The position numbers and the translations under genes were made by a program. The notes below the pieces were generated by a model that worked only from the letters and a program-made list of their open reading frames with translations, searched no databases and was not told the DNA's origin. From the NCBI RefSeq assembly GCF_001194135.2, contig NC_068982.1, positions 173,798,983 through 173,862,982 of the forward strand: 64,000 bases of DNA, read 5' to 3'. The DNA is from Octopus bimaculoides (lineage: Eukaryota). Shown piece by piece: positions 13,241 through 27,662 of this stretch (its first letter is position 1; every line of letters begins with the position of its first letter).

Positions 13241-15307
13241 TGAAAGGAAAAAGAAAAAGCACTGCTTCAGAACCAGGAAAATATAATGTTCTTGCTGAGA
13301 ACACTGTTCACATGTTTTAAACATGCATATTTCTGTCACTGAATTCTGAAATACTTCGGTTTTTATTGGCGACGGTTCTTAACTCAATAACAAGTTGTCA
13401 AGATCTTGTAGAGAGTAAATTTCTTGAAAGGTAGAGTGTTCTAATATCGAACTTCCAGAAAACAAAACCACATAATGTTATTTTCAGTAACAAATTAGTA
13501 TTATCGTCCAACCAAATGTTCCAGCTGTAGTCACCTGACTTTAACTGGTATATTACATTCAGCATTAAATTGCTAAATCATTTTAGAGAGGAAAGTGTGT
13601 AAAACATATGAGGGACTTATAGCTGTTGTGTTTGATAAGAGGTTGTGGGACACGGTAGATGTCTATACGAAACATCAACATCGTAATAGTTACTTAAAGT
13701 TCTTGGCCATAGGCATTAAGCAGGGCTGATGACGGGATACAAGACAGCTAGGAAAATAGTTTACTTCTGTGCCCGGCAACCCAGCTATCCACATTGAATA
13801 TATGATGAATATAAATTAGTTTTAAAAGGAACTTTCAAACTTATAAGATATGCAACTTAAATGCAGTCAGAATGTTCTTAACGTAATGTAGATGTATGTG
13901 CAGTTGAAGCTAGTAGTGTCCATCCCTCTTTTATTAAGGGCAATGGCGAAAGTAATTGAAAAGTGTCTTTCTTAGACACGAGCTATAAATTATCCGGTCA
14001 TAGCACTAAAGGCACTCTTGAGATTAAAGAATATGGTACGTGATATATCTTTTGCTAGACAACATATTAATTGAATAAGCTGCACGAAGATGTATAAACA
14101 CTGCATAGATACATACGAACAGTAAGTGTTACGCACACACTGAGCGTAATTCTATGTGCGGAAAAGATAGACAGACAAACAGACAGAGAGACAAAGACAG
14201 AAAGGGAATCAAAGGGTGTAAGAGAAAAAAGCATGTGTACATACAAGAAAGTATTTTAATGTTTCACTGCATTTTTGCATGTATTTATAATGCATATTTA
14301 AACGAATATACTTCTATAAATAAACGCGTGCACACAGTCATACATACACACGCGCATATATATATATATANNNNNNNNNNNNNNNNNNNNNNNNNNNNNN
14401 NNNNNNNNNNNNNNNNNNNNNNNNNNNNNNNNNNNNNNNNNNNNNNNNNNNNNNNNNNNNNNNNNNNNNNNNNNNNNNNNNNNNNNNNNNNNNNNNNNNN
14501 NNNNNNNNNNNNNNNNNNNNNNNNNNNNNNNNNNNNNNNNNNNNNNNNNNNNNNNNNNNNNNNNNNNNNNNNNNNNNNNNNNNNNNNNNNNNNNNNNNNN
14601 NNNNNNNNNNNNNNNNNNNNNNNNNNNNNNNNNNNNNNNNNNNNNNNNNNNNNNNNNNNNNNNNNNNNNNNNNNNNNNNNNNNNNNNNNNNNNNNNNNNN
14701 NNNNNNNNNNNNNNNNNNNNNNNNNNNNNNNNNNNNNNNNNNNNNNNNNNNNNNNNNNNNNNNNNNNNNNNNNNNNNNNNNNNNNNNNNNNNNNNNNNNN
14801 NNNNNNNNNNNNNNNNNNNNNNNNNNNNNNNNNNNNNNNNNNNNNNNNNNNNNNNNNNNNNNNNNNNNNNNNNNNNNNNNNNNNNNNNNNNNNNNNNNNN
14901 NNNNNNNNNNNNNNNNNNNNNNNNNNNNNNNNNNNNNNNNNNNNNNNNNNNNNNNNNNNNNNNNNNNNNNNNNNNNNNNNNNNNNNNNNNNNNNNNNNNN
15001 NNNNNNAGAGAGAGAGAGAGAGATGCTTATTTTCATATGGAGGGTCTAGTCTACTTTCATCGTGTTATTGTGTCTGCGTACCTAGATGTACCCATGCCTG
15101 TGTTAAACATATTTCTATAAACGCTTCCATAGGCTATTTTGGAGCTCGTTTCACATAGAACGCTTTTTCTTTTTATATCATACGCATATATCTATGTATG
15201 TGCGTGTGTGTTTGCGTGTTTGTGCATGTGTGTGTGTCTGTTTGTTTGTCAGTGATTGTACCAAATGTCATGTATAAATTCGAATTGTTATACAGAAGTT
15301 CAATAAG

Positions 15308-16136
15308 TAATATTTTGTCCTCGATATATAAGATGGCGTTTACGACAGATTAATGACAATATCCCGTTTTTGAAACATCTTACCCTCAGATTTAAAATGC
15401 CATCAGTTGAATCCACAGAAGAAAAAACTTAAATTCTAAAATCAAAATACAATTACCGCACTCATAACATCAATTGCAATTCTTTTTCTGGTACTATTTT
15501 ATCGACCTCCGACTTTGAACTATAGGTGAGATTAGAACTCAGAAAACAAAAGGATATAAATAATTTCCCACAAATTTTGTTTCCGACGCTTTACAGATTC
15601 TGTCATCAATCCGTCGAAGTTAGCGCACGCGCACACACATTTATGCATGCATGCATGCATATACATATACTTTATGTGTGTGTGTATGTATGCATGTGTG
15701 TTGTATATGATATGTCTGTGTGTTATTGTTGAAGAGAAATTTGGAAGTCGCACGATGCAATTTCAATAAAACAGAGTTTTGTTGATTGTTTTTGATTCTA
15801 TTACGAGCTAAAATATCTATTTCAAATGATGTATTAGAAGAAAGACAATGAAAACAATTTATCAACTGCCAACTATGGAGACAGACAAGAAAATGATCGA
15901 CTACAAATAATATTCGGAAATTACCGCCGAGCTGTCGCTGCAGCGTTTTATCAGTGACACCCGCGAATATGAATTATAAAAAAAAAAATTCTTCTATAAT
16001 ATTTTGTCCTCGAGATATAAGATGGCGTTTACGATAGATTAATGACAATATCCTGTTTTTGAAACATCTTACTCTCAGATTTAAAATGCCATCAGTTGAA
16101 TCCCAAAAATTTTTTTAAATCCTAAAATCAAAATAT
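15308..16136. repeat. Two copies of a ~140-bp element (15308-15450 and 15997-16136)
   Basis: Both read taatattttgtcctcga.atataagatggcgtttacga.agattaatgacaatatcc.gtttttgaaacatctta...ctaaaatcaaaata with few differences. Confidence 0.9.
15488..15615 (-). mobile_element. SINE family B, strongly degenerate
   Basis: ctggtactattttatcgacctcc...attagaactcagaa resembles the reverse complement of the family B core. Confidence 0.55.
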
Positions 16137-17593
16137 AATGTAAAGAAGACAATAATACCGTTTTATCACAATTACACTCCATTGCTTTGCTACTTCTGTG
16201 ACAACTCATATACAAATTGCTTCTATAGCGTATTTATTTATACAAATATAATATGGTGGAATGTTTCAGTCAAGATCTCAGTGAAAAGCGAGTGTGAGAT
16301 ATTGTAGTCTGGATGGAGAAAGTAATTGTGCGCAATAGTGAAAAGGCTGTTGCCTAGTAGCTGTTAGCATAATGTTAAAGATTTAGTGTGCATTAATACC
16401 GAGCTGCACTTGGACCATGCATCCCTATTTTGTAGCTATAATAATTGGAAAATTAGGATACTTATTTGCTCCAGTGTGAATCTTGAGAAACTGAGCTCCC
16501 CACCCTAAAAAATAAGCAAAAAAAAACCCCAGAAAGATAATTAAAAATGAAGAAATTGAAGTCATAAACCATTGTAAAAATATATAAACCGTTCCAGACG
16601 TTCAGTGTGTAGTAAAATCATATACAAAACGTGTAGATATACAAATATATTTGATATGTATAGACATGCATAAATCTAAAGATATAGATCCGTACATGTA
16701 ACGATATACATGTTTATACACAAGCATAATTTTGCTTATAAACACGTAAAGCTATGCTTCAATGCATATATGTGTACATTCTTATATACAAACATAAATA
16801 AATTTATTAATTAGTTAATTAATTCCTGACTATTTTGTTATGCTCACTAAATTGCAATGAAATGTATTGCTTCTGATTTAGAAACCGATTCCTTTTCCAT
16901 TCGTAAGAAAATCGAAAAATTAATATATTCATACATACATACATAAACACACACAAAGACTCACACGCGCACCCACACATACATATGAAAACAGTACGAA
17001 ACTATTCTTCATGTAGCCAATTTGAAAGAATATAGGGTATTTTGTTATTTTTCTTCTTTGTTTGTCTAATTTTTATTTAATCTCACTGAAAGATGATACA
17101 GAAATAGAATATTATTTTCTGATATGGAGGTCACCTGTCGTAGTGATAATTTTTATACTTCACCTTTGCAGAACATTTCGACAGAAGGCTACAACGACAA
17201 CTTGGCTTTAATTTCCGAATTTCTATAAATTCGAACGCTTCAAACTTACCTCGATAGATGATGCTTGAACGTTTATCTCTTGTCTCTGTCTTAATATATC
17301 ATTTTAAGTGAATGTGTTATAACGATATTTACACCGAAAACAAACAAAAATCTCTGATTAAATTTGCATGATATGACTGTTGGACTTCATAAACAGTCAG
17401 TGGTTTATATGATTTAAAAATACATCTATTCTTGTTTATTTCTGACTCATTCATCTCTGATCCAGGACAGCAGTGCACGCTCAAATGTGAACCATGTTAC
17501 GCTTATCACGAATTGACTTCTGATAACACGGGATGGCAATCATTCAAAGACTATACTTATAATAATAATTTTCAGTTATTATTTTTTTTTTAC

Positions 17594-17933
17594 AGTTGGG
17601 AGGTATCATTAGGCTAAGTTTCCTCCAGTCATGGTCATTTTCGTCTTCTGAAAATGTGCTGCGTCGATATCTAACGTACTCAGTATTGTTAACCATGTCA
17701 GCACATGTGATGCGACAAACCTTAGCGAAAAAAATGTCATGTACTAACAGTGCTCTTACAAAGTCTCGCCATTTCACAGTTGCGCTGCCTAAGGGTGTCA
17801 TCGATCTATTTGCACAGCTGGGTTTACTTCCAATGTCATCGATCTCTAGCCTCTGAAATTCATTAATCCTGATGAAGTGCTTATGACTCCAATATTTCGG
17901 ATTGTGTTTCATTAATTCGTATTCAGATGCATA
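17594..17933 (-). CDS. Possible coding exon (about 113 codons) of an unidentified protein
   Basis: Non-repetitive open frame in AT-rich DNA: YASEYELMKHNPKYWSHKHFIRINEFQRLEIDDIGSKPSCANRSMTPLGSATVKWRDFVRALLVHDIFFAKVCRITCADMVNNTEYVRYRRSTFSEDENDHDWRKLSLMIPPN. Bounded by weak aag| and |gtaaaa sites. No family recognised. Confidence 0.35.
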
Positions 17934-18500
17934 CTTTAAATTACAGACGCATACATACATAGTGCACACAGATGCACACAAATATGCATAGATACATTCG
18001 CACGCATGCACACACACATATATCCTTGTGTGTTTGCTCGTAAATACAAGGCTTATAGTGACAGAGTAAAGTACTCAACACTTCAGTAATTAGAGTGTGT
18101 TTTTCTTTATTTAGTGAGTAGTTTACAGAATTTATACTGTTTCGAATATTAAGTGAATTTGATCACAAGTACGATAATCGATTTGGATGTATACTTTAAT
18201 TTCTTGAATGAGAATATACGTAGCAGTAAGAATTTCTCAATAGGTGTAAATAATAAAAAGGGGTAGTGAGTATGTAGCTGCTAATCAATCTGCACCAATA
18301 TATTGTGATCCAGTTGTGTTTGGCCAGCATGCTATGACCGCCATACTAACTACCATGCTATGACCACCATGTGACTACCATTGTATTACTACCTTACTGA
18401 CTACAGAATATTTGATAAGATATCACTTCAGCTATTGGTTATCAAATATTTGCAATCCAGTGATCGGGACAATCGTTGACATTCATCCCTACATACAGGA

Positions 18501-18537
<37 letters not shown>

Positions 18538-18592
18538 AATGTATGGATGCAATATATGAATATGCATTGCATGTGTGTGTACGTATGCATAT

Positions 18593-18634
<42 letters not shown>

Positions 18635-19272
18635 GTATGTGTATTTCGTGTGCAAGATTCTTGATGTGGATACGTGTGTTGAAAGAAATACAATTAAACC
18701 TTGGGAGAGGCATTATGCCGGTAATAAACACACGCACTGGTTCAGTCCTTTATTAATTTAATTTATATAGTTTTTTGTTAAATTATTTCATTGCACTCTT
18801 GCAATCTCTTCAGTAACTTGTCTCTCCACNNNNNNNNNNNNNNNNNNNNNNNNNNNNNNNNNNNNNNNNNNNNNNNNNNNNNNNNNNNNNNNNNNNNNNN
18901 NNNNNNNNNNNNNNNNNNNNNNNNNNNNNNNNNNNNNNNNNNNNNNNNNNNNNNNNNNNNNNNNNNNNNNNNNNNNNNNNNNNNNNNNNNNNNNNNNNNN
19001 NNNNNNNNNNNNNNNNNNNNNNNNNNNNNNNNNNNNNNNNNNNNNNNNNNNNNNNNNNNNNNNNNNNNNNNNNNNNNNNNNNNNNNNNNNNNNNNNNNNN
19101 NNNNNNNNNNNNNNNNNNNNNNNNNNNNNNNNNNNNNNNNNNNNNNNNNNNNNNNNNNNNNNNNNNNNNNNNNNNNNNNNNNNNNNNNNNNNNNNNNNNN
19201 NNNNNNNNNNNNNNNNNNNNNNNNNNNNNNNNNNNNNNNNNNNNNNNNNNNNNNNNNNNNNNNNNNNNNNNN

Positions 19273-19665
19273 TGATCTCCCTGGTTTTTCTATAACATTT
19301 ATCCTCAACTTGGTACTTTTGAGGATTTTTCGAAATCTGCGGGCCAGTTCTCCGTGTGGCGTGGCGTCCACAAACATTACTCCCTGGAACTTGTCGGTAT
19401 TGTACCACGTGGTCTTTTTGTTTGTTTTGTCACTAATCCTCTGTAGTCTATTCCACTGTTTGTTACGGTATCTAGGTTGTGTTCCATTTGTATCTTTGAC
19501 AACAATCTCCTCAAATTTCTTGTTAGCTCCTCTGTATACCCGGATTCTATCTTTCTGGCTGTATCCCGAAATTTGCATGCGATGCATGAAGACTTGAATA
19601 TGTTTTTGCTCCTCCCATGGATCGCACAGGGGGGGATATGTTTTTCATTATTCTAACCAAATCGG

Positions 19666-19666
<1 letters not shown>
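19273..19666 (-). mobile_element. Penelope-like element fragment (RT thumb/linker region)
   Basis: ADLVRIMKNISP / CDPWEEQKHIQVFMHRMQISGYSQKDRIRVYRGANKKF...PRYRNKQW...KKTTWY...VMFVDATPHGELARRFRKIL...INVIEKPGRS matches the SGY / PLYR..W / FV..TP.GEL / VVE..G.S pattern of PLE ORFs. Truncated by a gap. Confidence 0.85.
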
Positions 19667-19730
<64 letters not shown>

Positions 19731-19812
19731 CACACACACATGTATATATATACATTATATACATTATAAATACATATTATATATAAATATATATATATAT
19801 GTGTGTGTGTGT

Positions 19813-19970
19813 GTGGCTGTGTGGTAAGTAGCTTCCTTACGAACCACATGACTCCAGGATCAGTCGCACTGCGTTGCACCTTGGGCAAGTGTTTCTTTTA
19901 TACCCTCGGACCGACCAAAGCCTTCTGAATTTATTTGGTAGACGGAAACCGAAAGAAGTCCGTCGTATAT
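19813..19970 (+). mobile_element. SINE family A head
   Basis: gtggctgtgtggtaagtagctt...gcaccttgggcaagtgtt...ccgaccaaagcc...ttggtagacggaaac.gaaagaag.ccgtcgtata. Confidence 0.9.
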
Positions 19971-20049
19971 ATGTATCATATATATATATAATATGTATAT
20001 GTATATATGTATATGTACCTATTTATCTATCTATCTATCCATCTGTCTG

Positions 20050-20085
<36 letters not shown>

Positions 20086-20331
20086 GTGGAGGGAAGGTAC
20101 GACGACGATCTCGGGGCGAATCTGGGCGTCGACGAGGAATACCTGACCCGCCTGTTTAAGACGACCTTCAGGCCGGGACCTATGGACAACTTCCAGAGAT
20201 CCCTGGCCTGGCAGTGCTATCGAGAAGCTCTACCCGTTCGGGATAAGCTCTACAGGCATGGCTCGAGAAACACGGGGCCGACCTGTCCGAGATGCAGGCG
20301 GACCGACGAAACCGTTCTGCACGCACTCGTG
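20086..20331 (+). mobile_element. L1/Tx1-clade LINE ORF2 C-terminal zinc-knuckle (zf-RVT) fragment
   Basis: GC-rich open frame ...SLAWQCYREALPVRDKLYRHGSRNTGPTCPRCRRTDETVLHALV fits W..H..LP.R..L...CP.C...ET..H.L. Cut off by a gap. Confidence 0.85.
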
Positions 20332-20756
20332 NNNNNNNNNNNNNNNNNNNNNNNNNNNNNNNNNNNNNNNNNNNNNNNNNNNNNNNNNNNNNNNNNNNNN
20401 NNNNNNNNNNNNNNNNNNNNNNNNNNNNNNNNNNNNNNNNNNNNNNNNNNNNNNNNNNNNNNNNNNNNNNNNNNNNNNNNNNNNNNNNNNNNNNNNNNNN
20501 NNNNNNNNNNNNNNNNNNNNNNNNNNNNNNNNNNNNNNNNNNNNNNNNNNNNNNNNNNNNNNNNNNNNNNNNNNNNNNNNNNNNNNNNNNNNNNNNNNNN
20601 NNNNNNNNNNNNNNNNNNNNNNNNNNNNNNNNNNNNNNNNNNNNNNNNNNNNNNNNNNNNNNNNNNNNNNNNNNNNNNNNNNNNNNNNNNNNNNNNNNNN
20701 NNNNNNNNNNNNNNNNNNNNNNNNNNNNNNNNNNNNNNNNNNNNNNNNNNNNNNNN

Positions 20757-20794
<38 letters not shown>

Positions 20795-20795
20795 G

Positions 20796-20836
<41 letters not shown>

Positions 20837-21390
20837 TGTGCGTACGTGTGCGTGCGCGCGCGCACATACATTCATACTTACACACTCACAAACACACACA
20901 GGCTTAAATTGCGTGGCAAAGAACCAGTATTTAGATCTCCGTGTGTATTTCTGCTTGTACGTTGTGATTATATCCTTTGTTATGAAATCTGAGTTTGTGT
21001 TACACAGAGTACATGTAGAAAACATGAGAGATTGTTTATAAGATATTTACTTACACCATCTTACGGACGTGTCATTTACATACAATGCTTATTAGTTACG
21101 TAACATAAATGACAAAATAATGATTTTGAAATCGTCAGAGACGGTTAATATCTATACGTAACATTGGATTCGCAAGATAACAGAATAAATCATCGCAGAG
21201 ATGGGTAGCACGATGGTGAATTCTTCCCTCTTTTCAATCCACTAATGTTTCTGAAGATTTGACAATAAGTCTTGATTATGTAATTTACATTATATGGACA
21301 ATAACATTTCCAATTGGCATCGTGAGCTATATCTCTGTCTTTTTCTCGCGATATAATATACTAGACATATATATATACATACATACATAC

Positions 21391-21430
<40 letters not shown>

Positions 21431-22100
21431 TACTCTGTTTATATGCGAGCAAAAGAGATAAATTTACACAAACAGTTAAAGTTGCTTTGGCGATGTGAAC
21501 TGGATACGCTTTTGGCGAACATTGACAAAACGGTCGAAACAAAACACTGGACTATTAAGTATCACTTTAAACCATTTATATATTAGAGACAATACTTATA
21601 TCTGGACAACGAGAGTACGTCTACGTAGCAGCTCATTTTACTTGATATAGCAGCCAGGTCTCTCTCACTACACACACATACACATATTATATATATATAT
21701 ATATNNNNNNNNNNNNNNNNNNNNNNNNNNNNNNNNNNNNNNNNNNNNNNNNNNNNNNNNNNNNNNNNNNNNNNNNNNNNNNNNNNNNNNNNNNNNNNNN
21801 NNNNNNNNNNNNNNNNNNNNNNNNNNNNNNNNNNNNNNNNNNNNNNNNNNNNNNNNNNNNNNNNNNNNNNNNNNNNNNNNNNNNNNNNNNNNNNNNNNNN
21901 NNNNNNNNNNNNNNNNNNNNNNNNNNNNNNNNNNNNNNNNNNNNNNNNNNNNNNNNNNNNNNNNNNNNNNNNNNNNNNNNNNNNNNNNNNNNNNNNNNNN
22001 NNNNNNNNNNNATATATATATATATAAACGCGCACACACACACATATCTATATGTCACAATGTCATATAATGAGACAGAAAGACAAAGAAACAGACAGAC

Positions 22101-22138
<38 letters not shown>

Positions 22139-23511
22139 AGTTAAGAAATGGTATAAGAGTGTTAGAAATGTGAGTGAATGAGTGAATGAGTGAGTGAATG
22201 AATGAGTGAGTGAGTGAGTGACTGACTGACTGAGTGACAGGCTGAATAAGTGAGAAAGAGAATGAGAGAAACAAAGAGGGAGAGAGAGGGAGAACAACAC
22301 ATTGAAAGAAAGGTCGAAAATACAAGAAAGGGGTGATGAACTACATTCGTCTTCCCCCGCCTCTTTTATCGTATTCTACCAACAATTTTTGCTAATGATG
22401 CAATCTAACACCAACCAGCAAAGCCGTAGTAATAGCAAGGTGTAAATATAAATAATATAGTCATAACGCTTGTATACATAAACAGCCTCGTCTCAGATGT
22501 TACTTGGTACAGTCGGTCTCTTAAACTGACATCTGTCACACATCACGACTAGAGCTGTGAATGTGCGCTTATCTCAATGTGTATATTGTGCACGTATATA
22601 TATATATATATATATATNNNNNNNNNNNNNNNNNNNNNNNNNNNNNNNNNNNNNNNNNNNNNNNNNNNNNNNNNNNNNNNNNNNNNNNNNNNNNNNNNNN
22701 NNNNNNNNNNNNNNNNNNNNNNNNNNNNNNNNNNNNNNNNNNNNNNNNNNNNNNNNNNNNNNNNNNNNNNNNNNNNNNNNNNNNNNNNNNNNNNNNNNNN
22801 NNNNNNNNNNNNNNNNNNNNNNNNNNNNNNNNNNNNNNNNNNNNNNNNNNNNNNNNNNNNNNNNNNNNNNNNNNNNNNNNNNNNNNNNNNNNNNNNNNNN
22901 NNNNNNNNNNNNNNNNNNNNNNNNNNNNNNNNNNNNNNNNNNNNNNNNNNNNNNNNNNNNNNNNNNNNNNNNNNNNNNNNNNNNNNNNNNNNNNNNNNNN
23001 NNNNNNNNNNNNNNNNNNNNNNNNNNNNNNNNNNNNNNNNNNNNNNNNNNNNNNNNNNNNNNNNNNNNNNNNNNNNNNNNNNNNNNNNNNNNNNNNNNNN
23101 NNNNNNNNNNNNNNNNNNNNNNNNNNNNNNNNNNNNNNNNNNNNNNNNNNNNNNNNNNNNNNNNNNNNNNNNNNNNNNNNNNNNNNNNNNNNNNNNNNNN
23201 NNNNNNNNNNNNNNNNNNNNNNNNNNNNNNNNNNNNNNNNNNNNNNNNNNNNNNNNNNNNNNNNNNNNNNNNNNNNNNNNNNNNNNNNNNNNNNNNNNNN
23301 NNNNNNNNNNNNNNNNNNNNNNNNNNNNNNNNNNNNNNNNNNNNNNNNNNNNNNNNNNNNNNNNNNNNNNNNNNNNNNNNNNNNNNNNNNNNNNNNNNNN
23401 NNNNNNNNNNNNNNNNNNNNNNNNNNNNNNNNNNNNNNNNNNNNNNNNNNNNNNNNNNNNNNNNNNNNNNNNNNNNNNNNNNNNNNNNNNNNNNNNNNNN
23501 NNNNNNNNNNN

Positions 23512-23564
<53 letters not shown>

Positions 23565-23989
23565 GTGTTTCGAAGATTGCTGCAACAACAGATGCAAATG
23601 CAATCGCAAGAAAAACAGTTACAAGAACTGCGATCATCTTTTTTCTCATCTCCTCCTGCCACACCTCATCCTTCTCGTCCTGCCCCCGCCTCTTCTACGT
23701 CTTTCTCCTCGTTTTCATTACCATCAACCTCAGCAGCAGCAGCACCGGTATTTTTTTTTTTTTTTTTTTTTTTTTGTATTAGAGACAGCAATAACAACAA
23801 CTTTAATAGAAACAACAATAGGAAGGTCAGCAACAGCAGTAACAACTGCAGTAACATTATAAACAAGCATAGTAACGATAACAACAAGAACAACAACAAC
23901 AGTAACAGCATTACAGTAAGGAGCGAACATAAACAGCAACAAATTTGTGGCATCATGGTCTTCCATATATCATGGCATTTCTAACCATA

Positions 23990-24072
<83 letters not shown>

Positions 24073-24332
24073 TGTAACGGGTACATGAAAGCACTGTTGC
24101 TAACTAATCTGAAACTTTTTGTTTATATATATGTATACGTACATATATGCATACATACATATATATAAATATATATATACATATATATATATGCATACAT
24201 ACATGCATGCATGCATATTTCTTTCCATATATAAGCGAACGTGTGCATGAGCATTTATGAGTGTATATACGTATGCATATGTGTATAAATGTGTGTGAGC
24301 ATGCGCGTACGGGATTTTGTACGAGTACGTGC

Positions 24333-24381
<49 letters not shown>

Positions 24382-24742
24382 TGAGAAAGAGAGACAGAAT
24401 AGAGAGAGAAATAGAGAGGGAGAGGGAGAGAGAGTGTGCACATTGGTTATCGTAGACCAAAATGAACGACCCGAAGAATAAACAACCCCTGGTTAGTATT
24501 ATGATATTCTAGTTTCATGAAGGCCAGAACAGCTGATGTTGTTTATTATCATTTCTCCTGGCAAGACAGACATGTGAATACGTGTGTCTGTGTATCTGTG
24601 CGTGCCTGTATGCCTCTGTGTTTATGAAGGGTGTGTGTATATATATATACAAATATTTCTATATATATTTTTATATATGTGCATATGTGTGTGCGTATGT
24701 GTAGATATATAAAAAATATAAATATATGTAAGTGTTTATATA

Positions 24743-24784
<42 letters not shown>

Positions 24785-25148
24785 NNNNNNNNNNNNNNNN
24801 NNNNNNNNNNNNNNNNNNNNNNNNNNNNNNNNNNNNNNNNNNNNNNNNNNNNNNNNNNNNNNNNNNNNNNNNNNNNNNNNNNNNNNNNNNNNNNNNNNNN
24901 NNNNNNNNNNNNNNNNNNNNNNNNNNNNNNNNNNNNNNNNNNNNNNNNNNNNNNNNNNNNNNNNNNNNNNNNNNNNNNNNNNNNNNNNNNNNNNNNNNNN
25001 NNNNNNNNNNNNNNNNNNNNNNNNNNNNNNNNNNNNNNNNNNNNNNNNNNNNNNNNNNNNNNNNNNNNNNNNNNNNNNNNNNNNNNNNNNNNNNNNNNNN
25101 NNNNNNNNNNNNNNNNNNNNNNNNNNNNNNNNNNNNNNNNNNNNNNTA

Positions 25149-25183
<35 letters not shown>

Positions 25184-25428
25184 ATATATATATGTATAAA
25201 TATATGTGTATATATATATGTGTGTGTGTGTGTGTGTATGTGTGTGTGTGTGTGTATGCGTATGTGTATGTGTATACATATATATATATACATACATACA
25301 TATGCGAAGTTACATAGTGACTTAAGGACTCTGAGTCTGATTGATGCCACACGTGAAACTTTCGGTTCTTGAGTCACTTGTAATTGCTGGCTTGAGTGTT
25401 ATCTGCCCCGATTGTAGTACCAATAACT

Positions 25429-25544
<116 letters not shown>

Positions 25545-25570
25545 TCTCTCTCTCTCCGTATTTATATGAA

Positions 25571-25708
25571 GCTTGCTTCTCAACCACATGGTTCCGGGTT
25601 CAGTCCCACTGCGTGGCACTTTGTGCAAGTGTCTTCTATAGCCTCTGGCCAACCAAAGCCTTGTGAGTTGATTTGGTAGACGGAAACTGAAAGAACCACA
25701 TCGTGTAT
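25571..25708 (+). mobile_element. SINE family A head, 5'-eroded
   Basis: gcttgcttctcaaccacatggttccgggttcagtcccactgcgtggcactttgtgcaagtgtcttc...ttggtagacggaaactgaaagaa. Confidence 0.85.
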
Positions 25709-26111
25709 ATACATATGTGTATGTGTGTGTGTTCATATATATATATATATATATATACAAAGAGAGAGGGGGAGAAGACAGATAGTTATGTCTTTATTCA
25801 TTTTAAATACATTAACACATTTACAGCTACACACAAAATATATACGCATTCACGGACTTGTGTATAAATCTGTAACTGCAAGGCAGGGTAATCGCAACTT
25901 AGTAAATAGTCTAATTTAATGTAGTGGTGTGTGGAATGCAGTAAACACGAGAAGGTTTTAATTTTTTAAATATGACGCTATATTGCTTCTTTAATCTAGG
26001 TTACATTTCTTTTGCAGATATTTTTATATTTCTAAGTTTACATACAATGCAAACACGCATATGTGATGCACATGAACCCATATATATATATATACATTCA
26101 TATATACATAT

Positions 26112-26164
<53 letters not shown>

Positions 26165-26652
26165 TACACTGTTTTCTAATTATACATTGAGTCCTAATGA
26201 TTCTGATTCTTTTAGTACACGAATAGATAGATAGATAGATAGATAGATACAGACAGACAGACAGATAAATAGGTCTTATCAGGACAATTATCCCCTAGGA
26301 CAATTACCCTCATAGAACAATCTCCCTCTCCAATACATTAAGAAGTTCTAAATCATCATCAGTTGTCCTCAGAGATAGTTGTCCTTGTAAGGGGTTATTG
26401 TCCATGGAGGTAAATATCCAAGACTCAAGTAGATAGACAGATAGATACATATATAGACAAAAAGGTCGAAAGACAGACAGACAGACAAATAGATAGATAG
26501 AGATAGATAGATAGATAGATAGATAAACAGACAGACAGAGACATATATACATGCATACATACATACATGCGTACATACATACATGCATACATACATGCAT
26601 ACATACATACATACATACGTACATACATGCATACATACATACATACGTACTG

Positions 26653-27135
26653 TGTAGAGTTGTGGAAATCAGTTGCCCGGCGGACAATAGCATAAAGCTA
26701 AAGGCCAAAATACCCATGCTGAACTATTGAAGAATTTACAGCTACTCTATCCAGATTACAAATTCAGGTTCATACCTGTAATTATTGGGGCACTGGGATA
26801 TGTAATACTGCCTAAATACCAATCTTAAGAAATTGGGCTTCTCAAACCAGAAAGGAGAAAGCTGATTCGAAAACTACAAATGCAATCTATCACGGCAACT
26901 GTAAAAATCTGTAAAACTTTCCAGCAGTCTATCACTTTTAAGCATATATGAACATGTCTAGACATACAACTATATGCATGAGAATACATACATAAAACAA
27001 AACATACAAATCTCCACATAGATACATATAAAAATAGCCTGTTGATGTTGAAATTCCATGGAAGAAGCCTTCGACCTCGGTTAGAAACCGGCTCTTTCTC
27101 TATTGGCAAGAAGTCTTGAAATAAAACTGAATAAT
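26653..27135 (+). mobile_element. 3' end of an RLE-type (R4/Dong-like) non-LTR retrotransposon
   Basis: With frameshifts it reads CRVVEISCPADNSIKLK / ELLKNLQLLYPDYKFRFIPVIIGALGYV / LKKLGFS / RKLIRKLQMQSITATVKICKTF. This is the restriction-like endonuclease signature, followed by a 3'UTR ending aaataaactgaataa and a (CATA)n tract. Confidence 0.85.
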
Positions 27136-27623
27136 GACATACATACATACATACATACACACTTGCATACATACAGACCTACATACATACATACATACAT
27201 ACATACATACGTACGTAGTACATACATACATACATACATACATACATGCATACATACTGAGTTTGTGTAAGAGCTCATTGCTCCGTACTTTATCCCGTTT
27301 TTCCATACTTTGTATATAATCACCTCTAGACAGAACCATAGCATGTTGCAGGATAAACCGACTGTTGTTCTTCTCTGTTACTGACAGCTGAGAATAAAGG
27401 GACAGCTTGCAGTGACATGTTGATCATGAATACGAGTCACTGCTTCATCTGGTAACGAAACCACAATTTGAAGAGTTTGTATTCAATGCCCTAAATACTA
27501 AACCACACACCTTATGTATGTATGTACTTATATATGCATGTATGTATGAATGTATGTATGTATAAATGTATGTATGTATGTATGTGTGTATGTATGTATG
27601 TATGTATGTATGTGTGTGTGTGC

Positions 27624-27657
<34 letters not shown>

Positions 27658-27662
27658 CCGAA

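Noticed and set aside
23560-23750. Protein-like plus-strand frame RRLLQQQMQMQSQEKQLQELRSSFFSSPPATPHPSRP
   Set aside because: It is embedded between (TG)n, poly-T and triplet repeats, its composition is explained by low-complexity sequence, and the splice sites are weak.
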